A program made the position numbers and the translations under genes. A DNA stretch of 63,772 bases, filler included, from Licmophora abbreviata (taxonomy: Eukaryota): NCBI GenBank assembly GCA_900291995.1. It is 13 parts of 13 records of this genome, joined end to end, with 100 filler letters (N's around TTAATTAATTAA, not from the genome) between each part and the next. Parts side by side here need not be neighbours in the genome. Positions count along the whole stretch, not along the records: positions 23,427 to 31,598 come from OLMU01002606.1; positions 31,699 to 36,733 come from OLMU01002607.1; 11 more parts are not named here. The stretch is one strand, 5' to 3'. Shown one piece after another: positions 23,570-33,412 of the stretch. Position 1 is the first letter of the stretch. Each line of letters opens with the position of its first letter. Below the pieces are notes generated by a model, which did no database searches, was not told where the DNA came from, and saw only the letters and a list, made by a program, of their open reading frames with translations.

Positions 23570-25995
23570 ATGGCATCAACAGCGGCAGCCAAGACGACGC
23601 GTTCGGATGAAGAGCAATGGCTCAACGCCTACCGGCGCATTCGCAGTATGCGGACGCGTCCCACAAAACAAGCTGCGTTAGACTTCTGGAGCGATGAGGA
23701 CACAAACTGGAAGTCTCTTCCCAAGCGACTCTCGGTACTCTGCGATGTCTTGTCCGAATGGAACCAGAAGAACTCTCTGGACGACGTGCCAGGTCGCTTT
23801 TCGCAGGATCCTCACGAAGCAAAACGACTGGCGCTGACAGCGGCCGTCATGGTACAGGCGCCTAGGTCGTTCCACACTTCCTTTCAGACGCTTCTGAGCC
23901 ATTCTCTTGCATCGCGACAAGCCGTATGGGAGCAACTGACGAACGCAGAAGAGAACAACGACGCTTCCACTAGAGGGATGGACAAACAGGAAGAATCGAC
24001 AATGTTTCGATCGTTGCGAACGCTTGGCTGGATCCGAACGAATGGAGGAGAACTCGTCGAGCCATTGGAACAAGCCCTACACGAAACACTACTAGCCCAT
24101 ACAAGGCGGACTATCGGTGGAGAGTTCGAACAAGAGGAATTGTACCTGTCAGTGCAAGCATGGCAGGAGGCGGTGGTTGATCCATGGCTGCGTGAGCTGG
24201 TCGGTGACGATGCATATCTTGCCGACAAGTGGTCGGAGCGACTGGATTTTGTGACGGCCGAGTGTTTTTGTGTCGTGCGCATGGAAGAGATGTTTGACAT
24301 TGTTGCCGAATACCCCGATTCCTACCCAGCGGTCATTGAGTTGCGAAAGGTACTGGAGCGGACGCGAATGTATTCGCAGCTAGGTGATGCTATGCGAAAA
24401 AGTCTGATGAAACGACTTATTCATCCCGGTGCGAACACGTCGCAGATTATTGATGTGTACATTGGCACCATCAACGTAAGTGCGATTCCAAAGCGTTGAC
24501 TTGGAGGTATCTGCTGTCTCAGAGTGCGCCATATTTAATGCCAGCCCTACATGCCTTAACACAGGTTCTTCGTGAGATTGATCCATCTGATCGGTTGCTG
24601 GATGTGGTCGCTGGGCCGGTACGATCCTACCTGCGCGGAAGGAAAGATACCGTGCGATGCATCATTACGAGGTACGTTGAAACGACGCAGTCGCAGCTGA
24701 TCACTCCCCAGAATGTATCACATTGACACCATGTAATATTAACCACTTTCTTTCTTGCCAGTCTCACGGACGAAGAGGCCGGTGGGGACCTATACGAAGA
24801 GCTTCGTCGTCAGGATGTAGTGCCACTCGAGTACGCACACGTCGACTCGGACGAGGACGAACCGTCCGATCTCAGCTGGATGCCCCCTCCTCCCTTGTCT
24901 CGTCAAAGGCAGTCCCTCGTCATGGGAGGAACGTCCAAGGGTACTGGAGGCGATATTCTGTCCATGCTCGTTAGTATCTATGGAAGCAAGGAGCTCTTTG
25001 TCAACGAGTACCGACTCATGCTAGCGGACAAGCTACTTGCCAACCTCGATTACGACACAGACAGAGAAGTGCATACATTAGAGCTGTTAAAACTACGCTT
25101 TGGCGAACTTAGTATGCGGCAATGCGAAATCATGATCAAGGACACTGACGACTCGAAGCGCATCGTATCGAACATTCATTCGACGGTGAAGTCCAAGCGA
25201 GACGAAGACGACCAGAGTGATCCTATCGTGGATGCCGCCATTGTCTCTCACATTTACTGGCCGGCCTTGCAAAAGGAAGATCTCAAGCACCACCCGCGTA
25301 TCCAGGATGAGCTAAACAATTTTGCCAGCGAGTACGGTAGCCTCAAGAATCCCCGCCGGTTGGTGTGGTTCAATCAGCTCGGAAAGGTCCAGTTGGAGCT
25401 CGACGTCGTGGAACAGAGTCCGCACGGTGAACCGGTGGTGGAAACTAGAGAGTTTAGCTGCTCTCCTCTTTTGGCAACCTTGATTTCTCATTTCGAAGAC
25501 AGAGATCGTTGGAGCTCGGAAGATCTCGCGAACGAAGTCGGCATTGCGGAGCACATTGTGCGGAAAAGAATGTCGTACTGGGTGAACAATCGCGTCGTAC
25601 AGACTGTACCGCCGAGCGAGATGTCCACATCGTCATCGGCGCAATACGAACTCGCATCGCGAGAGCACTTCTTGGAAGCTGATAGTGCCGAACCGGGAGG
25701 TATTGGCCATTCAATGACGGACGACGACGGCCACGAGAGTCAGGCAGTCTCCGTCGGTGCACAAGAGGAGGAAGAAATGGTGACATACGAGAGTTATATC
25801 GTTGGCATGCTGAAGAACCTCGGACAGTTGCCGCTTGACCGTATTCACAACATGTTGAAGATGTTTGTTACTTCGGGATCAGACCACAAGTACAACAAGA
25901 CGCCACAGCAGCTTAGTGTGCTCCTCCAGCGATTGTGTCGACAAGAGAAGCTCGAGTGTGGACCAGACGGAATGTACAAGCTCTTCAGGAAGTAA
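23570..25995 (+). CDS. ANAPC2: Anaphase-promoting complex subunit 2, 3 exons
   Basis: RLIHPGANTSQII, YLRGRKDTVRCII, LVSIYGSKELFVNEYR, YIVGMLKNLGQLPLDRIHNMLKMF. Introns 24476-24564 and 24672-24761. Confidence 0.95.
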
Positions 25996-26036
25996 GACAT
26001 CGTCAACTATACTAGCAGATTGGCTCTTCGGTAAAT

Positions 26037-27263
26037 CTAGTAGTTAGCTAGCTTCTCAAAGTCAAAATAGTCGCCGTTGGCAATGTGGGACTCGAACAGC
26101 TCCCAACCCGCAAGGCTCGACACAGTTCCCGTCGACGATGATCTCCCATCGGACACGGTACACTTAGTCTTAAGCTGCTCCTTCCACTCGGGTCTTAGTT
26201 CAAAGTCTTCTTCTTTTCGCTGATGACGAAAGAACAGTTTGTCGTCCGGGGCCGATGGGATCATGGAAGATGTCGACACGAGACGTCCAATTCGTTGCAG
26301 CTGGGAAGAATCAGAGGCTGATTTGGGTGTGGGGCAGGCAAACACGTCAAATAAGATGGATCCCTCTGGGATGGCCATGACCTCATCGAGAAAGAGATCA
26401 AATGAATCCTTTCCGTCGTCGTCTATGCTTTCAGCAGCCTTACGAGTAACTTCAGCCCGTGGGCTGTAGCGAGGGCGAAGTATGAGCACAAATGGAAAGT
26501 GAACTCCACCTTCCCCCTGTCCACTCGCATCATGGGCACAAAAGTCTGATACGCCGAGGCTCAGCGGTGTATCGGAATACTTCCAAAACTTTCGAACAAA
26601 CGGCTTGAGCGTCCGCGGCATGCGTTCGGTCATTTGTGTGCATTGACAGTGCGCAAAGTAGTCCTCTTCTTTTTGACCGACTTTGCAGCCCCCGAAGAGT
26701 AAGTTCCCACTTCTAATACCATTCCCGCGAAATACCTTGATAGCAGCGGTGGGAAAGAGTTTTGCATTCCGAATCTTGTCACCTGCGGCATATAGCAGCG
26801 CTCTTGCCAATTTGGACTTGATTTCAAGAGTCGGAGGCTTGATGGCGGAGGAGAGACGGACTAGGCAGTGCGGCGTTGTTGTGCCTGGCGTGAGAAGTCC
26901 CGTGTAGGCGTGGGTGGGATGGTTTTGGGGGAATTCAAAGAGCTCTAGTTTGGCTCGACAGGCGACACCATGAGGACAAAGCGACTTGCTGCCTGCTGTT
27001 GTGCCGGACGGTGTATTCTGAGAGAAGAGTTTCAAGTCGTGGGGACACGTCAGGGTTTCATTGTAATCAGCACGCGTCATATCGTCCATGACACGATCGT
27101 AGGAAGGCCAGTGTCGCTCCGCGGATGACGACGACGAAGAAGGGCTTGTGTACGCAGCGCTACCAGCCTCGGCGGCGGCATCACTGGGACAGTTGTGCGA
27201 GACCAGCGCTTCCCACACGCGATCGAGCTGCTGCTGCGGCGACTCAAACTTTTCCTCTGACAT
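26037..27263 (-). CDS. Hypothetical protein, possible catalase-like fold
   Basis: 408-aa ORF with K..CPHGVAC, YTGLL..CLVRLSS, AIKVFR, IGRL..TS. Confidence 0.5.
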   Translation of the reverse strand: MSEEKFESPQQQLDRVWEALVSHNCPSDAAAEAGSAAYTSPSSSSSSAERHWPSYDRVMDDMTRADYNETLTCPHDLKLFSQNTPSGTTAGSKSLCPHGVACRAKLELFEFPQNHPTHAYTGLLTPGTTTPHCLVRLSSAIKPPTLEIKSKLARALLYAAGDKIRNAKLFPTAAIKVFRGNGIRSGNLLFGGCKVGQKEEDYFAHCQCTQMTERMPRTLKPFVRKFWKYSDTPLSLGVSDFCAHDASGQGEGGVHFPFVLILRPRYSPRAEVTRKAAESIDDDGKDSFDLFLDEVMAIPEGSILFDVFACPTPKSASDSSQLQRIGRLVSTSSMIPSAPDDKLFFRHQRKEEDFELRPEWKEQLKTKCTVSDGRSSSTGTVSSLAGWELFESHIANGDYFDFEKLANY

Positions 27264-27840
27264 GGCGAATGGACAAGTTTCACTTAAATTAAAGAACGTG
27301 GCAGCCGAGATGAGTCAGAACCCGCTGCATTTCATCTCTGGACAGCTGTGTTACTGATGCGGGGACTGATGTGTGCCCGAGCAATATTGCATCACCGTCG
27401 GAGACTGCAGATTCATCTAAATTGAGCTTGCATTTTTTGCTCTGCCTTTTGAGATAACTCACTCGACTAAAATCAACTGACGACTCGACTCGACTCACTC
27501 GACTAGACTGGTGACTTCAAATCCGAACAAGACCAAAATGGAAAATGGAAATGGAAATGGGCGCTGATGATAATAGCGTTTCGTCTCATCGTCTCGTCCT
27601 GTGAGGAGGACTGTGAGCCAGGGCAGGTTGGTCTGGTCTATAGGCTCGAACATAGGTTGCCCCCTTGCCAAGAAAACGAGATGACACAGCTACAGGTCGC
27701 GTACAACTACAGAAGTACAGGAAGCAAGAAGGCCTTTACCCATCATTCGCCCACCACTCTGTAAGTCTGCGAGAGCAATATACGGGACGAACGCTGACCC
27801 ACGCTCCTCTCATCGTCGAAAAACTTCAACTGAACACTGA

Positions 27841-29148
27841 ATGGCGCACCTGGATGGAGCAGAGCGCTTCTTGGTTGGGCTTTCGCCTCAGTATTGGGCG
27901 CATACGCCCATTTCGATACGCACGCTCTGCTCACTTGGAAATGTGGATGGCATCGACTGCCTCGTCGTCAAGAAGCCACCCCTTCGTCAATCGGCGGAGG
28001 AGCAAGTCTCATTCCTGCCGCTATCGAGATGTGATTTACATGGAACCATTATCGGTGTGGATCGAAAGTCGAATGGGTCGTGTCTCTACTTGCTCGATGA
28101 CGGCACTGGGACCATTGATTGCGTTCACTGGGGAAATAGTGATATGTATGGGCTGCCGTCTCTTATAGGTGGATACCAAACTGAGCAGTCGCACCAAATT
28201 ATCCAGACTGGAGATCGGGTCCATCTGCTCGGCAAGATAAAGTGCGTATCTGTGGGGGTTGTGAGAGAGCGACTTCGTGTGGAACTGAAGACATGGGAAG
28301 TTCGCGACTGTGTACGGGAAGTCCATGTTACCAGCATTACGCCTGTCTTATCCAAAGACGCTGAGTCCCTTCACTGGCTTCGTTGCTGTCAACTTCTGCA
28401 CAGACTAAGGATAGGGTCCGGACGCGAGTGTAGGATCGACCAATCGGGACCACTGACTAGCATCCTTGGCCGCACGCAAGAAGAGACCAGTGAACCGGTG
28501 CTGAATGGGGCTTGTGTGTTACGATTGCTTGGGTCGGATATCATACACGACGCAATGGAACGGAGAGACTTTCCTGCGAGTGACGATTCTTTCGGGGCTT
28601 GGCGGGTCTTTGGTGTCGGCTGCAAGTGTGAACTGTCATACAAGGATTCTTTACTATACTGTCATTGCCAGGCGACTTTGGAGCCGCTCGACCCTAATTT
28701 TGTCTTTCGTGATGCATTGTTGGAGCACCTGCTCGCTATCGAGAGGAGCACGCCTTTGCCGACTCAGAACCACTATGAATCAGTTGTCAACTCACAACTC
28801 GTGGTGGCGTACAAGACGATTGTGCAGGACAACGCGCTACAGCGGCTTGCTGTGGATGTCGCATCCGCGAGTGCTATTTCTGTTTCGCATCGCCAGCTGT
28901 TTTCAAATACATTCTCGGCGTTGCGAAATGATGGGGTAGTTTACCTTACGGATACCAATAAAGACACGTATCTGCTCTTGTCACGAGAGCGGGTACTTGA
29001 ACCGTACTATAGAGTAATGCAGAACAGATCGGGAGACAACTTCGAGGAACGAACGAGACTACACGCCGAACAGCCTCCGTACATTCCAATCATTCCTTAT
29101 GCTCGTGCCCTGTACGTCAAGAAAATGGTAGCGGATGAACAAAAATAG
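27841..29148 (+). CDS. STN1: CST complex subunit STN1-like OB-fold protein
   Basis: GLSPQYWAH..I, CDLHGTIIGV..YLLDDGTGTIDCVHW, ESLHWLRC, C-terminal winged-helix-like LRNDGVVY. Confidence 0.7.
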   Translation: MAHLDGAERFLVGLSPQYWAHTPISIRTLCSLGNVDGIDCLVVKKPPLRQSAEEQVSFLPLSRCDLHGTIIGVDRKSNGSCLYLLDDGTGTIDCVHWGNSDMYGLPSLIGGYQTEQSHQIIQTGDRVHLLGKIKCVSVGVVRERLRVELKTWEVRDCVREVHVTSITPVLSKDAESLHWLRCCQLLHRLRIGSGRECRIDQSGPLTSILGRTQEETSEPVLNGACVLRLLGSDIIHDAMERRDFPASDDSFGAWRVFGVGCKCELSYKDSLLYCHCQATLEPLDPNFVFRDALLEHLLAIERSTPLPTQNHYESVVNSQLVVAYKTIVQDNALQRLAVDVASASAISVSHRQLFSNTFSALRNDGVVYLTDTNKDTYLLLSRERVLEPYYRVMQNRSGDNFEERTRLHAEQPPYIPIIPYARALYVKKMVADEQK

Positions 29149-29246
29149 CAAATTTGTCATAACTTGGTTCTTCTGATATGAACTCTGTTCTCCGTATAAT
29201 GATACAGTAGTCACAATTGAAGCGTGCGATCAGTATGCTATAGGGA

Positions 29247-31466
29247 TCATATCACGACGTATACGAGGAGTAAAAGCCCACCAAAAAGCAATGCCGACGT
29301 CGTTTGCAAGTCTCTGGCCCCACTACCGGACCGTTGCTTGAATCCGCCTTCGAGTCGACAGACATCTGTCTGCTGTGTAGCCCCAATGTCGTGACATCGA
29401 ATTCCCAGATCATCCAAGGTGATATAGAAAGCGTCAGCAACTTCTTGAGCTCCTTCACGGACAGGCTTGACCCCAGATCGAAACAGCATGTTCTCCTCGA
29501 CGATTTCGGCTGCATTGTTGTCGTGATAAACTACAACCGGCAACACTGATAAAGCAAACGTGTCACCAATCGCAATATCTGGACGTTGCGATGACTCTGA
29601 TAGCTGTTCATTGATAATCGCATATCGCAGCGTGCTCTGAATGATGGGGACAAGCAGGAGATTCTGTATCTTGGACACCGTCATCTCCAGATTGACACAG
29701 TCAAACGCATCTAACTGTGCCTTTCCCGCGAACAAATAGTCCTCCAAATCGGAGTTGACATACGCGTAGCCCATTTCGTTGAGCGTCTGGAACTGAAATG
29801 CTCGCTTGTTGGCAAGATTCCATAAGAGCTGACCGTCTTCCGAATCAGGCGACCCTCCCTCCTCAGTTCCTTCAAGAGACCCAATCAAGTAGGCGGCGAC
29901 TTCGTCCCAAGAATGCTCGCCTCCAGCGTTGTTGAGCGCGTCACCACCCTTGCAATCACTGAGAGCATCTCCCATTTCCGCCAGGGCGAACATGTACATG
30001 ATCTGATATGCGCACGTTATCGAAACGACCTCCGCTCGTACTTGATTTGATGCCGATCCCCATTTTCCAAGTCCGTCCAAAGCTTGTTCAATCGCTGTAT
30101 CTGCATAGATAGGATCGTTGTGATACCTGACAAATTCAGCATAATAGGGTTTAGCATTCCCTCTTTCGTCTGCCTTTGCGAATTGCTTCAGCGACCGTAG
30201 CTCGTATGGATCGCTCTCTTGCTCACGAGCCATCGGAGAGTTCCGTCCATAGCTATAAAGATACTTGGCATATGAAAAGCTTCCCAACGATGACAAAATG
30301 CGAAGCTGGAGTATATCCAAGTCGATTTTTCCGTGTTCGTGAACTCGTGTGACGGGATCGTATCCGACAATGTCTCTATGCTCTCGCAGAAAGTCGTCAC
30401 ATTGTGCGAGCTGATCGCCGTAGGCTCCAATGTCGGCACATGTAAGCCCTAGACAGTCGAAAATCTCTTGCAAATCGTCAATGATCGTCTGCGTCCTACT
30501 GAATGAGACGGAAGTTCCCAAGAGCTCTTCATTGAGACGTTTGTAGATACTTGGACGGCATTGCGAGACTTGCGGCACAATGGCCGTTGCGTAAAGCGAT
30601 ACATCGAAGGCGTCTTGGCGAAAGACTGCGTCGATAAGAAGTTGCATTAGCGGAACATTCATTTGTGAAATAATTCGCTGTACAACTCCCCAGAGTTGTG
30701 GTACAATCTGCATATTCTGCGAAGTGCAGGCGTCTGGAAAGCTGAGAATGGCAGCACCTTCTTGGTAGAGTCCCACAATATGACTGTTGGCGGCGGCTTC
30801 GGGTGAGGTTTTTCCAAAGAGCTCCGCAGCCGCCTGAGTAAAGGCGTAGAGAGCATTTCCATCGACAGTCCCGGCTTGCTGGTTCTGTCCAATCCAGAAA
30901 GCAATGAATTCGTCCATGCCACCGCCTCCGAGATCGAATTGACCAGGATTATCGGCGAGTGTCATTTTTTGGCAGGTATCGATGCCAGCGTACAATATAT
31001 GAGTCGCATATATCCACATATTTAGTGCCAATACCGCAGTCGCCGCCTTTTCTGGTTGCGTGGCAATAGTAGACTTGACGAAATTGTCCGCGTATAGTGC
31101 CTGACTAGCAAGTGCCTGCTGATCGGTCGTTCGATCGGCAAGTCCGTAGAGATGATAGAGGAAATTGGGAGTTCCGCTCAGTCCGAGCGCAGCCAGTTCA
31201 GTACTTAGACTCTGCAAAGTCCACTTGACGCCAGCAGTCCGCTCCGCATTCCTTCCTTCTTGATAAATGTCCAATCCAGCAGCCGCGCCGTTGGCAGCAA
31301 TTTGTTCCGCCATATCGCGCACATCGGTGGACAAATCTGCAAATTTCTCGACATCTGTTCGTGTCACGATCCCTCCAGCCAGTTCTGTCCCTTGTCCTGT
31401 GACTCCAAGAGGCCACAGGACCAACAATAATGACAACAGAGGTCGACGAGCCGCAGTATTCCCCAT
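29247..31466 (-). CDS. Cell-surface protein with two FEA1 (low-iron-inducible periplasmic protein)-like domains
   Basis: Signal peptide. Repeated motifs DEFIAFWIG/WDEVAAYLIGSLEG, VPLMQ/VPIIQSTLRYA, LGLTCADIG/LGIRCHDIG. Hydrophobic C-terminus. Confidence 0.75.
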   Translation of the reverse strand: MGNTAARRPLLSLLLVLWPLGVTGQGTELAGGIVTRTDVEKFADLSTDVRDMAEQIAANGAAAGLDIYQEGRNAERTAGVKWTLQSLSTELAALGLSGTPNFLYHLYGLADRTTDQQALASQALYADNFVKSTIATQPEKAATAVLALNMWIYATHILYAGIDTCQKMTLADNPGQFDLGGGGMDEFIAFWIGQNQQAGTVDGNALYAFTQAAAELFGKTSPEAAANSHIVGLYQEGAAILSFPDACTSQNMQIVPQLWGVVQRIISQMNVPLMQLLIDAVFRQDAFDVSLYATAIVPQVSQCRPSIYKRLNEELLGTSVSFSRTQTIIDDLQEIFDCLGLTCADIGAYGDQLAQCDDFLREHRDIVGYDPVTRVHEHGKIDLDILQLRILSSLGSFSYAKYLYSYGRNSPMAREQESDPYELRSLKQFAKADERGNAKPYYAEFVRYHNDPIYADTAIEQALDGLGKWGSASNQVRAEVVSITCAYQIMYMFALAEMGDALSDCKGGDALNNAGGEHSWDEVAAYLIGSLEGTEEGGSPDSEDGQLLWNLANKRAFQFQTLNEMGYAYVNSDLEDYLFAGKAQLDAFDCVNLEMTVSKIQNLLLVPIIQSTLRYAIINEQLSESSQRPDIAIGDTFALSVLPVVVYHDNNAAEIVEENMLFRSGVKPVREGAQEVADAFYITLDDLGIRCHDIGATQQTDVCRLEGGFKQRSGSGARDLQTTSALLFGGLLLLVYVVI

Positions 31467-31849
31467 GGTCAGTTTCGGGGTGACTTATCGCCCGTCGATT
31501 AGAAATGACCCTTGAAAAATTGCGCGCCCAAAACTGAAAACTCAAAACTCAAAATTCTCGCCGCCTCTTACTCTCGCACGACTCGTTCTATGGTACTANN
31601 NNNNNNNNNNNNNNNNNNNNNNNNNNNNNNNNNNNNNNNNNNTTAATTAATTAANNNNNNNNNNNNNNNNNNNNNNNNNNNNNNNNNNNNNNNNNNNNGA
31701 GTCGAATCCGTCGATCTAGTCGACAGACATAACCCGATCGTATTCATTCAATTCGATGAGCAAAAGAGAGTTGAAAACACTCTCGCCTTGCGAGTCCAGT
31801 TGAATGTATACAGATCTACGGTACCTCGGTCTTTCCATTGTCGATATCA

Positions 31850-33322
31850 ATGAGCCATTCGGAAAAGCAGCAGCGCGTGGTTCTTTTGGAAGAAGAGTAT
31901 CAAGACACGCTCGAGGCGATTGTGGAACGAGACTATTTTTCTGAATTGCCGGCCTTGCGCCGTCAAGCGGCGGTGCTGGAACGCCGGGCTGAGGGAGATA
32001 TTGCGGGTGCCGTGGCGATACGAAGGGCTGCCCGGCAATTGGAACAGCACGAAGAAACGTTGGAAGAGCAAGAACAATTCGACGAGCACGACTACGACGG
32101 CGCACATCAGACATTAAGAAAGCGTCCTCGGCCTCTGCATCGGGAGACTTTGTCGGGATTTCATGCGCGCGTGACTACGGAGGATAACGAAGAGTTCGAT
32201 CGCACGCAACGACAGGAAGTTAAGGAGAATCGGGAGCGTCTCCAACAAGTCTTCGCTGCAAATTCCTCCTTGCTAAGAATTGCTGGCGAAGCCGCGATTG
32301 GGCGTCAGGGAGAAGTCGGCTCGGAGACACCTCTCTTGGCATCGGATAAATTCGATGCGCCTGTGCATCGAACTCAGGCATCGGAGTGGAACGCAACTGA
32401 TCAAGGAACGAATGGACTCTTTTTTTCTCCAGAGCATATTGTTTCCGTTGCTGGCCAAAGTGACTCGCAGCAGAAGCGACTCGCCAATTGTACTTCGAGT
32501 GACCGCATCGGAGACAAGCAGTTGATGCCCCCTCCTGCGAAATTGACAGAAACAAGAGGATTGTCCAGCCTTACCACGGCTATTGCTGTCAACCAAGGCC
32601 TTGTGGAATACACTCCAAAGCACACACAAGAGAAAAGAATCGAACCTTCTCAGACTCGATTTCCAGCTCCGGACGTACCTATTCCACCATCTCCCTTCTC
32701 GATGGGTGCCGGAGACTCCTCTACGGACTACTCCACTGAAGCATCGACAGACCTGGACGAGATGGCGCCGTCCTTATCAGCGGAGCGTCGCTCATACGTC
32801 AAGCGCCAGCGTCGCGAGCAAGAGAGCCTCGTCCGCATGACACCAATGATCATACCTGGCCGGGACGCCGGAAGCGAATCACCAATTGTCACATGGGGGA
32901 CCGTCTCGGGTACCCCAATCCTCCTGGGAGGCAAAGCATTTTCCATGCCCGATGAAAGCAAAAGAGAGATAGCAGCGCGTCAGGTTCAGACGAACTTGGA
33001 AAATGCAAAACGATCCAAGATGCCGGTTCGTGACCGGGTGTCAACATTGACACCAGCAGGGCGAGCGTTGCTCGAGAAATCGTCCTCGCGACACCTGCTA
33101 TCTTCAGCCCGATCGCGCAACGCATTTTCTTCTGCGCTGCGCTCATCTTATACCGGTACGCCTAGAGTTCGATCGAGTCGGCCTGTCAAGCGCGACTCTG
33201 TCGGCAAGGCCACGCCGCGTCTACCTCCTGCTGGGCAGGCAACCGACGATACCACATCGTCAACGCCATCCATCACCAAAAGAAGCGGGAGCATCACCGA
33301 TGGATTGCTGAAATTTCCTTAG
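31850..33322 (+). CDS. ESS2: Splicing factor ESS2/DGCR14
   Basis: LLEEEYQDTLEAIVERDYF, F..RVTTEDNEEF, SPIVTWGTVSGTP, LTPAGR. Confidence 0.85.
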   Translation: MSHSEKQQRVVLLEEEYQDTLEAIVERDYFSELPALRRQAAVLERRAEGDIAGAVAIRRAARQLEQHEETLEEQEQFDEHDYDGAHQTLRKRPRPLHRETLSGFHARVTTEDNEEFDRTQRQEVKENRERLQQVFAANSSLLRIAGEAAIGRQGEVGSETPLLASDKFDAPVHRTQASEWNATDQGTNGLFFSPEHIVSVAGQSDSQQKRLANCTSSDRIGDKQLMPPPAKLTETRGLSSLTTAIAVNQGLVEYTPKHTQEKRIEPSQTRFPAPDVPIPPSPFSMGAGDSSTDYSTEASTDLDEMAPSLSAERRSYVKRQRREQESLVRMTPMIIPGRDAGSESPIVTWGTVSGTPILLGGKAFSMPDESKREIAARQVQTNLENAKRSKMPVRDRVSTLTPAGRALLEKSSSRHLLSSARSRNAFSSALRSSYTGTPRVRSSRPVKRDSVGKATPRLPPAGQATDDTTSSTPSITKRSGSITDGLLKFP

Positions 33323-33412
33323 GCCGAGATAAAGCGATAGGTTATGGTGGAACGATAATTTCTAGATTGATCAAGGCGGCTATGTTGCTAATAGCGAACT
33401 TTCTATAGGAAA

